64,000 nucleotides of DNA from a virus: the IMG/VR virus record IMGVR_UViG_3300045988_130116. One strand, written 5' to 3'. The position numbers were made by a program, and so were the translations under genes. Under the pieces are notes generated by a model, which worked only from the letters and a program-made list of their open reading frames with translations, was not told the origin of the DNA and made no database searches. Below, one piece after another: positions 52,473 through 60,911 of this stretch; position 1 is the stretch's first letter; each line of letters opens with the position of its first letter.

Positions 52473-52799
52473 TTAAATATATTGATATATTAACATATGG
52501 AAACCTTTTCCAGTTCTTATAAAATTTTGACACCAAGTTTCCATGTTAATATTTAATTCATTTTCTTCTAACTGTGCTATTTTCATTATGGCATCAGAGG
52601 GAATTTCTTCATAGAATATTCTCTCAAAGCCTTCCTTAGCTTTTTCATATTCTTTATTAAGTATTTGTTCCTTGACTTCGTTAAAAAATCTCTCTGTTTC
52701 TTCTACAGCCTTTTGTCTTGCCTTTATATTCTCTGTATATTTTAATAATTTTTCTAAACCCTCACCTTCAACAAACTTTAACTTTTTAGTGACCCTCAT
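52473..52799 (-). CDS. hypothetical helical protein (108 aa)
   Basis: Track ORF. Confidence 0.55.
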   Translation of the reverse strand: MRVTKKLKFVEGEGLEKLLKYTENIKARQKAVEETERFFNEVKEQILNKEYEKAKEGFERIFYEEIPSDAIMKIAQLEENELNINMETWCQNFIRTGKGFHMLIYQYI

Positions 52800-52815
52800 A
52801 TTCCCCTCCTGTTAA

Positions 52816-53736
52816 TTAATTATATTTATTCTTATATAATAATAGTGTATCCATAGAAAATGCACTAATATTATGTTTTCGCTTAAAATCTCTAATAGTA
52901 GAGTTATTCCATATTGTATTATTAGCTATTGTTTCTTCGTGCATCTTGTATATAACTCCCCCTATATATAACTTTTGTGGCTTTAATAATACGTCATATT
53001 CTGCTAATGAATCATTTAAATTAGCAATTCTAGTTCTTAACCCATTAAATGTCATTCTATTTAAACCCATACCATTATTTCTTTGAGGTTTACTTCTTAC
53101 AATATAAGGACTGTTTACATTTAATTTATAAGTTTCATTTGAAGTTCCTTCTATATCCCCTAATTTATAGTAAGAAATTTCTTCGATAGCAGATTGACAA
53201 TATTCTCTTAATATTTCATCCATTTCTATTATCTTATTTCCAACAATTATTTCATTCTTAGAGAAATCAACATCAGTTACTTTGATATTTGTTATATCAT
53301 CAAACCTTTTATCTTTTAACCCATACCAAATTCCATAAACTAGGAATTTATCTTGTGAATTAATAAATTGTTCGCATATAGCAATTATTTCATCTTTAGT
53401 ATAAATACCTTCATTATCTTTTATTATTTTATTAGGTGGTACATTTGAAAACTTTGTAGGTATATTAAGTACATCATTAAATATTTTAGTGAAGTCATTT
53501 ACTCTTATAGTTATACTTTGATAAGAATCTATTCTACCACAATGAATTATCAAAAAGTCGTTTATCTCTTCTAATGTTGCCCTAGTTATATTTTCCCCCT
53601 CGTTTACTACAAGTTTACCTTGTTCTGATAAGTAACTTATTAATCTTCTGTAATTAGCCCTAACACCTATTTTTGATGCTTCGTTCCAATTCTCTGTTGC
53701 CTTCTCTATTGTCTCATAATTTTTTAAGTTTAACAT
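52816..53736 (-). CDS. hypothetical protein with degenerate tyrosine-recombinase-like blocks (306 aa)
   Basis: FLVYGIWYGLKDKRFDDITNIKVTDVDFSKNEIIV resembles recombinase box I with Arg replaced by Lys. A later FNGLRTR. No clear catalytic Tyr. Confidence 0.55.
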   Translation of the reverse strand: MLNLKNYETIEKATENWNEASKIGVRANYRRLISYLSEQGKLVVNEGENITRATLEEINDFLIIHCGRIDSYQSITIRVNDFTKIFNDVLNIPTKFSNVPPNKIIKDNEGIYTKDEIIAICEQFINSQDKFLVYGIWYGLKDKRFDDITNIKVTDVDFSKNEIIVGNKIIEMDEILREYCQSAIEEISYYKLGDIEGTSNETYKLNVNSPYIVRSKPQRNNGMGLNRMTFNGLRTRIANLNDSLAEYDVLLKPQKLYIGGVIYKMHEETIANNTIWNNSTIRDFKRKHNISAFSMDTLLLYKNKYN

Positions 53737-53744
53737 ATTCTTTT

Positions 53745-53765
53745 GAGGTGGAATGTTACCACCTC
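53745..53765 (-). promoter_or_regulatory. hairpin between SD and start codon (split RBS)
   Basis: mRNA read GAAAGGAGGT-[GAGGTGG-TAACATT-CCACCTC]-AAAAGAAT-ATG. The SD is 29 nt from the ATG unfolded and about 8 nt if the 21-nt hairpin forms. Confidence 0.45.
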
Positions 53766-53789
53766 ACCTCCTTTCTTTATTATACTTAT

Positions 53790-53818
53790 ATTATATCATA
53801 AACTCATATTGTTGTCAA
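53790..53818 (-). promoter_or_regulatory. sigma-A promoter (family copy, GAGTTT subtype)
   Basis: TTGACAACAATATGAGTTTATGATATAAT. Confidence 0.75.
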
Positions 53819-53854
53819 GTGTTTTCTTGAAAATTTTTATGCTATTTTACTTAA

Positions 53855-54853
53855 TCATCTTTGCAAAACTTTTTTATTTATTGACATAACTAATTCAGAT
53901 ATTTTTTTCTCATTTATTTTTTTAGGCAATACACTATTTTCTTTAGCATACTTAAATTTTTCTTCTAAATTATTTGCTATTTCAAATATTTCTTCGTAAG
54001 TATATTTCCCATTTCTTATATCTAACAATAATTCTTTTTCATCTTCTCTGTATGTTCTAACGCCTTTACCACTTAATATGTCTGTTCCCATTAAATATAA
54101 ACGAACTAAATGCATTGAATGTTTCAATAGATGCAATTCGTCTTTCTTTTTGTTACGATGGTTTAATTTCCCATACTGCTTAACAACCTCTCCCATTTCA
54201 TTCAACATACATTTTAAATCTCTTAACGGATAATGATTTAAATTTATGTCTATCATTATCTCTTTATCATAGTCTTCTTTTAAAGAACTATCTATATATA
54301 ATTTCAAATCCTTATCCATATGTTGGTAAGATATCTCAAATGTGTTCATTCTTTTTTGAATAGATTCTAATAAATGTTTCTCTTTTTCAGATTGAGTATA
54401 GCTATCTCTAGCCATAGCGTTTTTCAACCTTCTTAATTGATTTTGTGAATACCCTAAAAATGCACCATAAACTGCATCACTACTTAAAAATATCTCTACA
54501 TTATCTTTTAACATTTTCCCCTCTTCTGTCATTATAAAAGTGTCTTCTTCTCTTGTCCCTAATATTTCTATTACATTAGGATTAGAATTACATAATAAAT
54601 TTATCATTTGTTTCAACGGATATATTACTGTATCTGAATCTGAAGGAGTATATGGCTTATTTTTACATTTCATACTTAATATTTCATCCTTAGAATTTAA
54701 ATATATACCTCTTAAATCAATGTCAGAGCCTTCTACATTCGTTCCATAGGCATATGAGCCACCATAAGTTAGTAAACATATAGGATTTTCTTTTGTAAAC
54801 CTATCGGTTCTTATAAAGTCATACTCTTTGTTCTTTAATAATAAATTATTCAT
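53855..54853 (-). CDS. predicted nucleotidyltransferase (minimal NTase fold, PF10127-like)
   Basis: GGSYAYGTNVEGSDIDLRG motif and NSNPNVIEIL block. ATG 54853 (track start is GTG 54862). Confidence 0.7.
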   Translation of the reverse strand: MNNLLLKNKEYDFIRTDRFTKENPICLLTYGGSYAYGTNVEGSDIDLRGIYLNSKDEILSMKCKNKPYTPSDSDTVIYPLKQMINLLCNSNPNVIEILGTREEDTFIMTEEGKMLKDNVEIFLSSDAVYGAFLGYSQNQLRRLKNAMARDSYTQSEKEKHLLESIQKRMNTFEISYQHMDKDLKLYIDSSLKEDYDKEIMIDINLNHYPLRDLKCMLNEMGEVVKQYGKLNHRNKKKDELHLLKHSMHLVRLYLMGTDILSGKGVRTYREDEKELLLDIRNGKYTYEEIFEIANNLEEKFKYAKENSVLPKKINEKKISELVMSINKKVLQR

Positions 54854-54868
54854 AATTAACACCCTCTC

Positions 54869-55474
54869 CTAAAGAATATATTTTTTATCGAAAGTATTTC
54901 CGTATCTTTTTAATATCTCCATCTCTAAATCTTTAGATATAAAGTTATTATTTCTTATATTCATTTTTCTAGCACCTTTATTAACACATTCATTCTTTTT
55001 TTGCATATAACTTTTCTTAGCTATATAGCGTTCTAAGATATAAGGATTAGAACTTTTCTTTTTATTACAGTCTTCACAGATTAATCTTAAATTATTAAAG
55101 TTCCAACATTGTTCCCACAATTCTTCTACAAGTCTTAAATCATCAACTCCGTATTTCTCTTTAGCCAATTTCTTAAAGAAAGCTTTAGGTATTTTATGGT
55201 CTACTGTTATTTCATTTCTTCTTATTTTTTTACCACATTTAGGGCAAATATAGTATTTACCTTTAAATCTATTTTTTACAGTTCTAGTAGTTACCAACTC
55301 TTTTTTAACTATATTAGCATAATTCTTGTCATCAAAGACACAGTCTTTTCTTTTAACGATTGTGTCTTCTCCTTCTAATATCACATAACTGTCTTCTGTT
55401 TCCCCTATTATAGTAGCTTTTCTTACCTCATATCTTCTGTTACTCTTATTAAAAAATACATACCACTTTTTCAT
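54869..55474 (-). CDS. HNH endonuclease
   Basis: CPKCGKK..ITVDHKIPKA..LICEDCNKKK. Confidence 0.8.
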   Translation of the reverse strand: MKKWYVFFNKSNRRYEVRKATIIGETEDSYVILEGEDTIVKRKDCVFDDKNYANIVKKELVTTRTVKNRFKGKYYICPKCGKKIRRNEITVDHKIPKAFFKKLAKEKYGVDDLRLVEELWEQCWNFNNLRLICEDCNKKKSSNPYILERYIAKKSYMQKKNECVNKGARKMNIRNNNFISKDLEMEILKRYGNTFDKKYIL

Positions 55475-55498
55475 TCGGTTTCCCCCTTTAAATTTATC

Positions 55499-55948
55499 TT
55501 AATATTTTTCCATTATTAATTGTTTTAATTTATAAGCATTTACTAAATTAATACTATCTTCATTCATTTGATTTATTAAAGAATCACATTCATTAATTAA
55601 TAAATCTTTATTTATATTGTTTATTATCATTTCTGTCATGATACCTAATCCGTAAGTAACTTGACATTCTTCTAATCCATAAGCTGAATTATCATAATAA
55701 TTATTTAGGATATCTCCTGTTATATCGTTATATTCTTCTGTAAATTCACCTCTACTTTGTTTCGCTATTTCAATAGCTTGTTCCCTGTCTGTATAACAGG
55801 TAGCACGATTAGAACCAAAATGCATACCTGTTAAAAACAATGTTAGACAAAGTAGCGTACAACCTATAAGTTTTAACCCTTTCTTCTCTTCTTTTATAAG
55901 TTGTTTCATAAAATTATTTTTACTCTTTTTATTTGTATTCTTATTCAT
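55499..55948 (-). CDS. membrane-anchored protein (149 aa)
   Basis: Basic N-terminus, then one TM helix (LIGCTLLCLTLFLTGMHF). Confidence 0.6.
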   Translation of the reverse strand: MNKNTNKKSKNNFMKQLIKEEKKGLKLIGCTLLCLTLFLTGMHFGSNRATCYTDREQAIEIAKQSRGEFTEEYNDITGDILNNYYDNSAYGLEECQVTYGLGIMTEMIINNINKDLLINECDSLINQMNEDSINLVNAYKLKQLIMEKY

Positions 55949-55978
55949 ATTACCCTCTCCTTTTCTTATTATACTTAT

Positions 55979-56007
55979 ATTATATCACATTATCAAAGTG
56001 TTGTCAA
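55979..56007 (-). promoter_or_regulatory. sigma-A promoter (family copy, TTTGATAAT subtype)
   Basis: TTGACAACACTTTGATAATGTGATATAAT. Confidence 0.75.
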
Positions 56008-56427
56008 GTGTTTAATATAATTTTTTCTTATTATTTCGTATTTTTTTAAACTTGGAAACGCTACTACAATTTCTCCAAATCTATCTATTATATCGTCTTC
56101 ATTTATAAAAGACACTATCTCTCCAACTGCATCTTTAGGAACTCCTAGCACCTTTTCACACGCCTCTCTAAGAACAACTTTATCTCCTTTATTCATTCCA
56201 TCTTTACTATCTATTGTCTTTATAGGATTAAAATGTTTAGCCCAGACTTCAAATTTTTTGTGTTTATAAGATATTAATGGAGCTACTATTATATCTCCAT
56301 CATCTATATCTATGTTAAACATATTTTCATCTTCTCTAGTCATAGTGACAATACAAAGATTGTCACTATTAGTTATTCTATAAACGTTGCGACCACGCCC
56401 TATTATTACATCACCTATATTAAACAT
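55993..56427 (-). CDS. hypothetical protein (144 aa)
   Basis: Track ORF. Confidence 0.6.
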   Translation of the reverse strand: MFNIGDVIIGRGRNVYRITNSDNLCIVTMTREDENMFNIDIDDGDIIVAPLISYKHKKFEVWAKHFNPIKTIDSKDGMNKGDKVVLREACEKVLGVPKDAVGEIVSFINEDDIIDRFGEIVVAFPSLKKYEIIRKNYIKHLTTL

Positions 56428-56441
56428 ATATTATTACCTCC

Positions 56442-57368
56442 TTACTCTCCCACCATTATTAAATAACGATTAACTAAATGTTGTATAAATTTAACATTAG
56501 AATTCATTGACGGACAGTTTGACTCATATATAAGGTCAGATTTTCCGTTAAGAAATATTCTTTTAACCTCTTCATAGATATTGCTAGGAACATTTACTCC
56601 GTATTTATCAAAAGCTTTATCAAATTTGTCTCCGTCAAATCCATCTCTTCTTTCAAGAACATACACTAAACTTATTAAAGCGCTTGTTACTCTATTTTTA
56701 TCTGTCATTGATTCACCTATACTATAAAGATTTCTAGCACAATTTAGAAAGAACTCTTTTACATCAGTCGAATCTGCTTTAGGATTCATATGACTAAATA
56801 TGTTAAAATCATTCAATGAACTGGCTATATTATAGCTTTTTAATTCTAAGGCTAGTTTAACTCCATACATTTTATCTTCGTTTGACATATTTGTCACAAG
56901 GTCAAGTACTGATGGAGTATTTGAAATACCAAATCCTTCATATCTCAAGTAACAATATTCATACATAGTTTTTTTGTCATTATTTGACTCCACAAAAGAA
57001 GCCTCTCTATTATTAATATCTCTACCATAAACTGTTTTATATATAGAATCAGAGAATATAAATCCTTTTCCATCTAAGGCAATTCTATTTAAACTAAAAG
57101 CTTGTTTCTTTAAGTATGCACTTAGGACTCCTTTTCTTAGTCTTAATTTCCCTAATTCTGTTTCTAAGTAATACCCTCTATTATCTCTTTTAATCATATC
57201 TCTAATAGGAGTAAAATCTTCTACTAAAAGTTTGAAGTGACTTAAACTTATATCTTTATAGAAAAGGAATCTTCTCACTCCTTTGTCTACTGCATAAGTC
57301 TTTGTATAAGGATTTAATTTTTTTATTCCTTTTGATACTACACTCATAATTTTTTGTTCTTTGTTCAT
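56442..57368 (-). CDS. hypothetical protein (308 aa)
   Basis: Track ORF. Confidence 0.6.
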   Translation of the reverse strand: MNKEQKIMSVVSKGIKKLNPYTKTYAVDKGVRRFLFYKDISLSHFKLLVEDFTPIRDMIKRDNRGYYLETELGKLRLRKGVLSAYLKKQAFSLNRIALDGKGFIFSDSIYKTVYGRDINNREASFVESNNDKKTMYEYCYLRYEGFGISNTPSVLDLVTNMSNEDKMYGVKLALELKSYNIASSLNDFNIFSHMNPKADSTDVKEFFLNCARNLYSIGESMTDKNRVTSALISLVYVLERRDGFDGDKFDKAFDKYGVNVPSNIYEEVKRIFLNGKSDLIYESNCPSMNSNVKFIQHLVNRYLIMVGE

Positions 57369-57400
57369 ATTACCCTCTCCTTCTTCTTTATTATATTTAT

Positions 57401-57429
57401 ATTATATCATATTTTAATAGTGTTGTCAA
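57401..57429 (-). promoter_or_regulatory. sigma-A promoter (family copy)
   Basis: TTGACAACACTATTAAAATATGATATAAT. Confidence 0.75.
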
Positions 57430-57477
57430 GTACTATTTAGAAATATCTTTAATTTTTTTACATTTAAGAAAGACTTC

Positions 57478-57576
57478 CTAAAAGTTATCTTTCTCAATTA
57501 TGATTTTCTTATTTTTTAATTTAGGTTTTAATTTATTAATCGGTATAAACTTTATGTTCTTATTCAATTTTAACAT
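57478..57576 (-). CDS. possible 32-aa basic peptide
   Basis: ATG after AAAGGAGAAGAGT. MLKLNKNIKFIPINKLKPKLKNKKIIIEKDNF. Confidence 0.3.
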   Translation of the reverse strand: MLKLNKNIKFIPINKLKPKLKNKKIIIEKDNF

Positions 57577-57627
57577 ACTCTTCTCCTTTCTTTATTCTTA
57601 TATAGATAGATATATAGTTTAGATAGG

Positions 57628-57741
57628 TCATAAATTTTTTACTTTTATAGGGTAACAATGTAGCATTTTCAACGGTTTGAGGTGCTTTCCAATACTCATA
57701 AATTTTTTATTTTTATAAAATGAAATGGCTAAATTTCAACG
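57628..57741 (-). repeat. two ~67-bp direct repeats, each with a TTGAAA-N16/17-TATAAA pair
   Basis: Minus-strand CGTTGAAATTTAGCC..TATAAAAATAAAAAATTTATGA and CGTTGAAAATGCTAC..TATAAAAGTAAAAAATTTATGA. -35-like at 57734-57739 and 57667-57672. Lies between the Rep terminator and the next cassette. Confidence 0.6.
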
Positions 57742-57744
57742 TTT

Positions 57745-57784
57745 CTTAAAAATAATATAAAATTAGCACCCATAAGAGTGCTAA
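57745..57784 (-). terminator. rho-independent terminator of the Rep gene
   Basis: Minus-strand TTAGCAC-TCTTATGG-GTGCTAA, then TTTTATATTATTTTT. The stem includes the TAG stop. Confidence 0.7.
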
Positions 57785-59307
57785 TAAAATAATTGATAAG
57801 TATTGCATAAACCTTTGTTGCCTTTTATTTTGTCAACTATTATAAGTTTAGCGTCAATTAAGTTTGATAAAATTTTAGGTATATTATTTGTTTTTATTCC
57901 TGTTAGATAAGATATATCTTCAAGAGTAACGGTTGGATTATTTGCCATTAAATATCTTAAAGCGATAGCAACCTTCAAGTCATTATCTTTTATTAACTTT
58001 TGCATTTTAAACACGAATAAATTTGTATTTAAATGCACTATTTCTTTATTGTACTTTTCAAAATCAAAATTATAAGTATAAAGTTCTGTCGGTTTTTTAG
58101 AACCGTCTATTTGTTGTTTTGTACTATATACTATATTTTTTTCTTTTAGATTTTTTAAAACTTTAGATATAGTCGGTTTGCTTATTTTTAAGTATTCAGA
58201 TATATCTTCTTTAGTAAAAAATTTTGTATTACAAACCTTTAATAACGCCATCACAGTTAATTCTGTTCCAGTTAATATTTCTAACATAAGTTTTTTCTCC
58301 TTACCTTTTACTGTTTGATAATTTATTATATGTTTTTTTGTCAATCCCATTACTTTATTATCTAAAGATATATCTGGTAACACAAATATATCATCAGAAG
58401 TAATATTTTTATATTTACATTTTAAGCTACATAATTTTTGTCCTGTCTTTATACAACAAGGTTTTATAAAAGAAGGATTCTCATATATACTTTTAACAAC
58501 TTTTTTAATTTCATTCTTAGACAATCCTTCTTCGCAGTTACTATTAAACTCGTAAGCATACTGTAAAGCCTTGTGTTCGCTTAGGTTAGCGTATTTACAA
58601 ACACTAGATATAAACATCAATGATTCATTTCTAAACCCCTTAGAAGCTCCATGACGGACTATTTGATTAAAACAGAATAAGTCTTCTACATTATCAACCG
58701 TCATATCAGTATTATTCTTTTTAAGTTCTATTACCCTATGATTTTTTAAGGTTTTTAAATCATATCCTCTTATCGGATTTCCATTTGTAACAATGGAAGC
58801 ATATTTATTTACTTTAAAGTTTTTAGTAAAAGGAACTCTTATTATCTGAGTACTGCTACAAGCCTTTATATCGGCTTCAAATAGGCTTGTAATATGCCTA
58901 TTGACTTCTACTATATCCTTAATAGGGTAAGAACCTTCTAGCTTAAAATATAAGTGCCAACCTCTACCACTATTGACAACCATATGTGTGAATAATCCTA
59001 TCCTTTTACACATATAATATATTTCTGATATAGGTAAATCTTCTTCATCTATATCTACTACTATAACATTCCTATTTAATAAAAGCTCTGTTTTATAAGC
59101 CTCTGTAACAGTTGTTGCTAGTCCTATATAGCAACTATTGTGTTTATACTTTTCTATTAAAGCTAGTCCTTCCTCATATGTATTAAAAAATACTTGTTTA
59201 TTAAAATTGGTATTAGGATTATTAATCCAAAGATATCCTTTTTCAATATTATTATTTTCTAATGTTGGAAGAACAAATTTTAAATAAGTTAATATTTTCT
59301 TTTCCAT
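57781..59307 (-). CDS. AEP-type primase-polymerase / plasmid Rep-like initiator with C-terminal winged-helix domains
   Basis: VIVVDIDEED and NSGRGWHLYF (AEP motifs). HTH segments ISEYLKISKPTISKVLKNLKEKNIV and LEDISYLTGIKTNNIPKILSNLIDAKLI. Confidence 0.7.
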   Translation of the reverse strand: MEKKILTYLKFVLPTLENNNIEKGYLWINNPNTNFNKQVFFNTYEEGLALIEKYKHNSCYIGLATTVTEAYKTELLLNRNVIVVDIDEEDLPISEIYYMCKRIGLFTHMVVNSGRGWHLYFKLEGSYPIKDIVEVNRHITSLFEADIKACSSTQIIRVPFTKNFKVNKYASIVTNGNPIRGYDLKTLKNHRVIELKKNNTDMTVDNVEDLFCFNQIVRHGASKGFRNESLMFISSVCKYANLSEHKALQYAYEFNSNCEEGLSKNEIKKVVKSIYENPSFIKPCCIKTGQKLCSLKCKYKNITSDDIFVLPDISLDNKVMGLTKKHIINYQTVKGKEKKLMLEILTGTELTVMALLKVCNTKFFTKEDISEYLKISKPTISKVLKNLKEKNIVYSTKQQIDGSKKPTELYTYNFDFEKYNKEIVHLNTNLFVFKMQKLIKDNDLKVAIALRYLMANNPTVTLEDISYLTGIKTNNIPKILSNLIDAKLIIVDKIKGNKGLCNTYQLFY

Positions 59308-59339
59308 TGCCTCTTCTCCCAGTTCGATATTCTAATTCT

Positions 59340-59368
59340 ATTATACCAAAAATTACTAATGTTGTCAA
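59340..59368 (-). promoter_or_regulatory. sigma-A promoter (family copy, divergent spacer)
   Basis: TTGACAACATTAGTAATTTTTGGTATAAT. Confidence 0.7.
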
Positions 59369-59373
59369 GTGGT

Positions 59374-59757
59374 TTATTCTTTTTCATTTAAATAAATCTT
59401 TTTAAATAATTGTAACATAGGCAATGAATCAACTAAAGCCCCTTCAGTTATTCGCTTATCTTTTTTATATGCTATCAAAATTTTAAAATGTTTTAATAAT
59501 AAATCTCTCAACTCTTTGTGGGTATATGGAACTTTTATAATATATTCATATCTCCCCATATCGTTTTTAGGATTAATTTCTACAATTTTAGCAGTAGGAT
59601 ATTCTTCTCCTATGTATTCTTTATATATTTTTTCAAACGCTAAAAAACCTTCTACCTTCTCTACTCTATAATTCCTAATACTGTTGGGGCTTTTATATAA
59701 ATATTCTCCATCTTCTGCTTTACCTAAAAAAATCCAGTTAGGATAGAATGTTATCAT
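59374..59757 (-). CDS. family B paralogue (127 aa)
   Basis: FEKIYKEYIGEEYP .. AYKKDKRITEG. Confidence 0.65.
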   Translation of the reverse strand: MITFYPNWIFLGKAEDGEYLYKSPNSIRNYRVEKVEGFLAFEKIYKEYIGEEYPTAKIVEINPKNDMGRYEYIIKVPYTHKELRDLLLKHFKILIAYKKDKRITEGALVDSLPMLQLFKKIYLNEKE

Positions 59758-59791
59758 ATTACCAACTCCTTTTCTTATTATATATATATAT

Positions 59792-59820
59792 ATTATATCA
59801 TATTATCATAATGTTGTCAA
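59792..59820 (-). promoter_or_regulatory. sigma-A promoter (family copy)
   Basis: TTGACAACATTATGATAATATGATATAAT. Confidence 0.75.
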
Positions 59821-59825
59821 GTATT

Positions 59826-59858
59826 AAAATAAAAAAAATCATGCATTAGGCATGATTA
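59826..59858 (-). terminator. rho-independent terminator after the amidoligase pair
   Basis: Minus-strand AATCATGC-CTAAT-GCATGATT, then a T8 run. The stem contains the TAA stop of 59846. Confidence 0.75.
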
Positions 59859-60898
59859 AGTAGATCAGGAATAACTAAATCTTTAAAGGTTGTATTTTCA
59901 TTTATATCTGTTTCTAATAAGGCTAAGATAAATTCTATATACTTATATATCCTATTAGCATCTAACGTCCCCTTGAACCCTCTAAATTCTATTGTATCTT
60001 TATTGGTTAGGTTTATCATTCTTCTTCTTCCGAATGATTCTGAACTAAAAATTATTTCATTGGCTATTCGTGTATCAATTTTCTTATCTTTATAAGTGTA
60101 AAATTCTGCATATGGAGTTTCCCTTCCACAGAAATCTATAACATCTTTTTTATTGTTCTCTAAGAACATTATTATTTGTGGAAGTTTCTTTACAACTTCA
60201 TCAGTTTTAGTAACATGAATGTGTAACCCACATCTATCTGATGTATACATTATCTTTTTTAATTCTGATGTTATTTGTTCTATAATTCCATTATTTTTTA
60301 TAAATTCATAGCTTAAAGGATTAGTTATTGTTTCAAACCCATCCTCTAAAGAACCGTCTCTTTCAAAGCAACATAATGTTCTTGTACTTTCAGAAAACAT
60401 TTTCTCTATACTTGGTCTTTCATCTTGGAAGGAGACTTCTTCATCTTCATTTAAAGATGAATCTAAAGAGTATTCAGATTCTATTTCTAATCCAAAGAAT
60501 ATCCCATTCAAAGGATTACCATAGAGTTTTTTAGGAAAATCATGTTGGTTATGATATCCTCCGATATTTGTGTTTTCAACATCTTTTTCCTTCATACAAT
60601 CTCTGCATAGTTCACTACAAATATCATCTTCGTAAGCTAATTCTCCACATTCACGACATATCATAAATTGGTATGATACACAATCACAAATAAGTCCTCT
60701 AGTGTTTTTTATTTTTGCCATATGGGTAAGTTTCCCTTCTTCGTACAGTTCATATCTTTTATGATATATGCACCAATATACTTTATTATCTTTTATAAGT
60801 TGTTCTAAATAATCTATACACACAGGAGAAGATGAATCCTCTCCTGCTATATAAACCTCTGTAAATACTTCTTTCCCACACTTACATTTTTTTACCAT
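59846..60898 (-). CDS. amidoligase (Amidoligase_2, GS/GCS-like carboxylate-amine ligase) with N-terminal Zn-ribbon region
   Basis: FFGLEIESE, FERDGSLEDGFETITNPLSYEF, DRCGLHIHVTK, TIEFRGFKGTLDANR. N-terminus has several CxxC pairs. ATG 60898 after GGGGTGATTAAT. Confidence 0.75.
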   Translation of the reverse strand: MVKKCKCGKEVFTEVYIAGEDSSSPVCIDYLEQLIKDNKVYWCIYHKRYELYEEGKLTHMAKIKNTRGLICDCVSYQFMICRECGELAYEDDICSELCRDCMKEKDVENTNIGGYHNQHDFPKKLYGNPLNGIFFGLEIESEYSLDSSLNEDEEVSFQDERPSIEKMFSESTRTLCCFERDGSLEDGFETITNPLSYEFIKNNGIIEQITSELKKIMYTSDRCGLHIHVTKTDEVVKKLPQIIMFLENNKKDVIDFCGRETPYAEFYTYKDKKIDTRIANEIIFSSESFGRRRMINLTNKDTIEFRGFKGTLDANRIYKYIEFILALLETDINENTTFKDLVIPDLLNHA

Positions 60899-60911
60899 AT
60901 TAATCACCCCA

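Noticed and set aside
12060-60907. Long N-terminal extensions in the track (for example 12593, 14065, 19832, 21000, 26756, 46380, 52536)
   Set aside because: The extensions overlap the upstream gene and lack an SD. An internal ATG/GTG/TTG with a GGAGG-type SD sits 1-15 nt after the upstream stop in each case.
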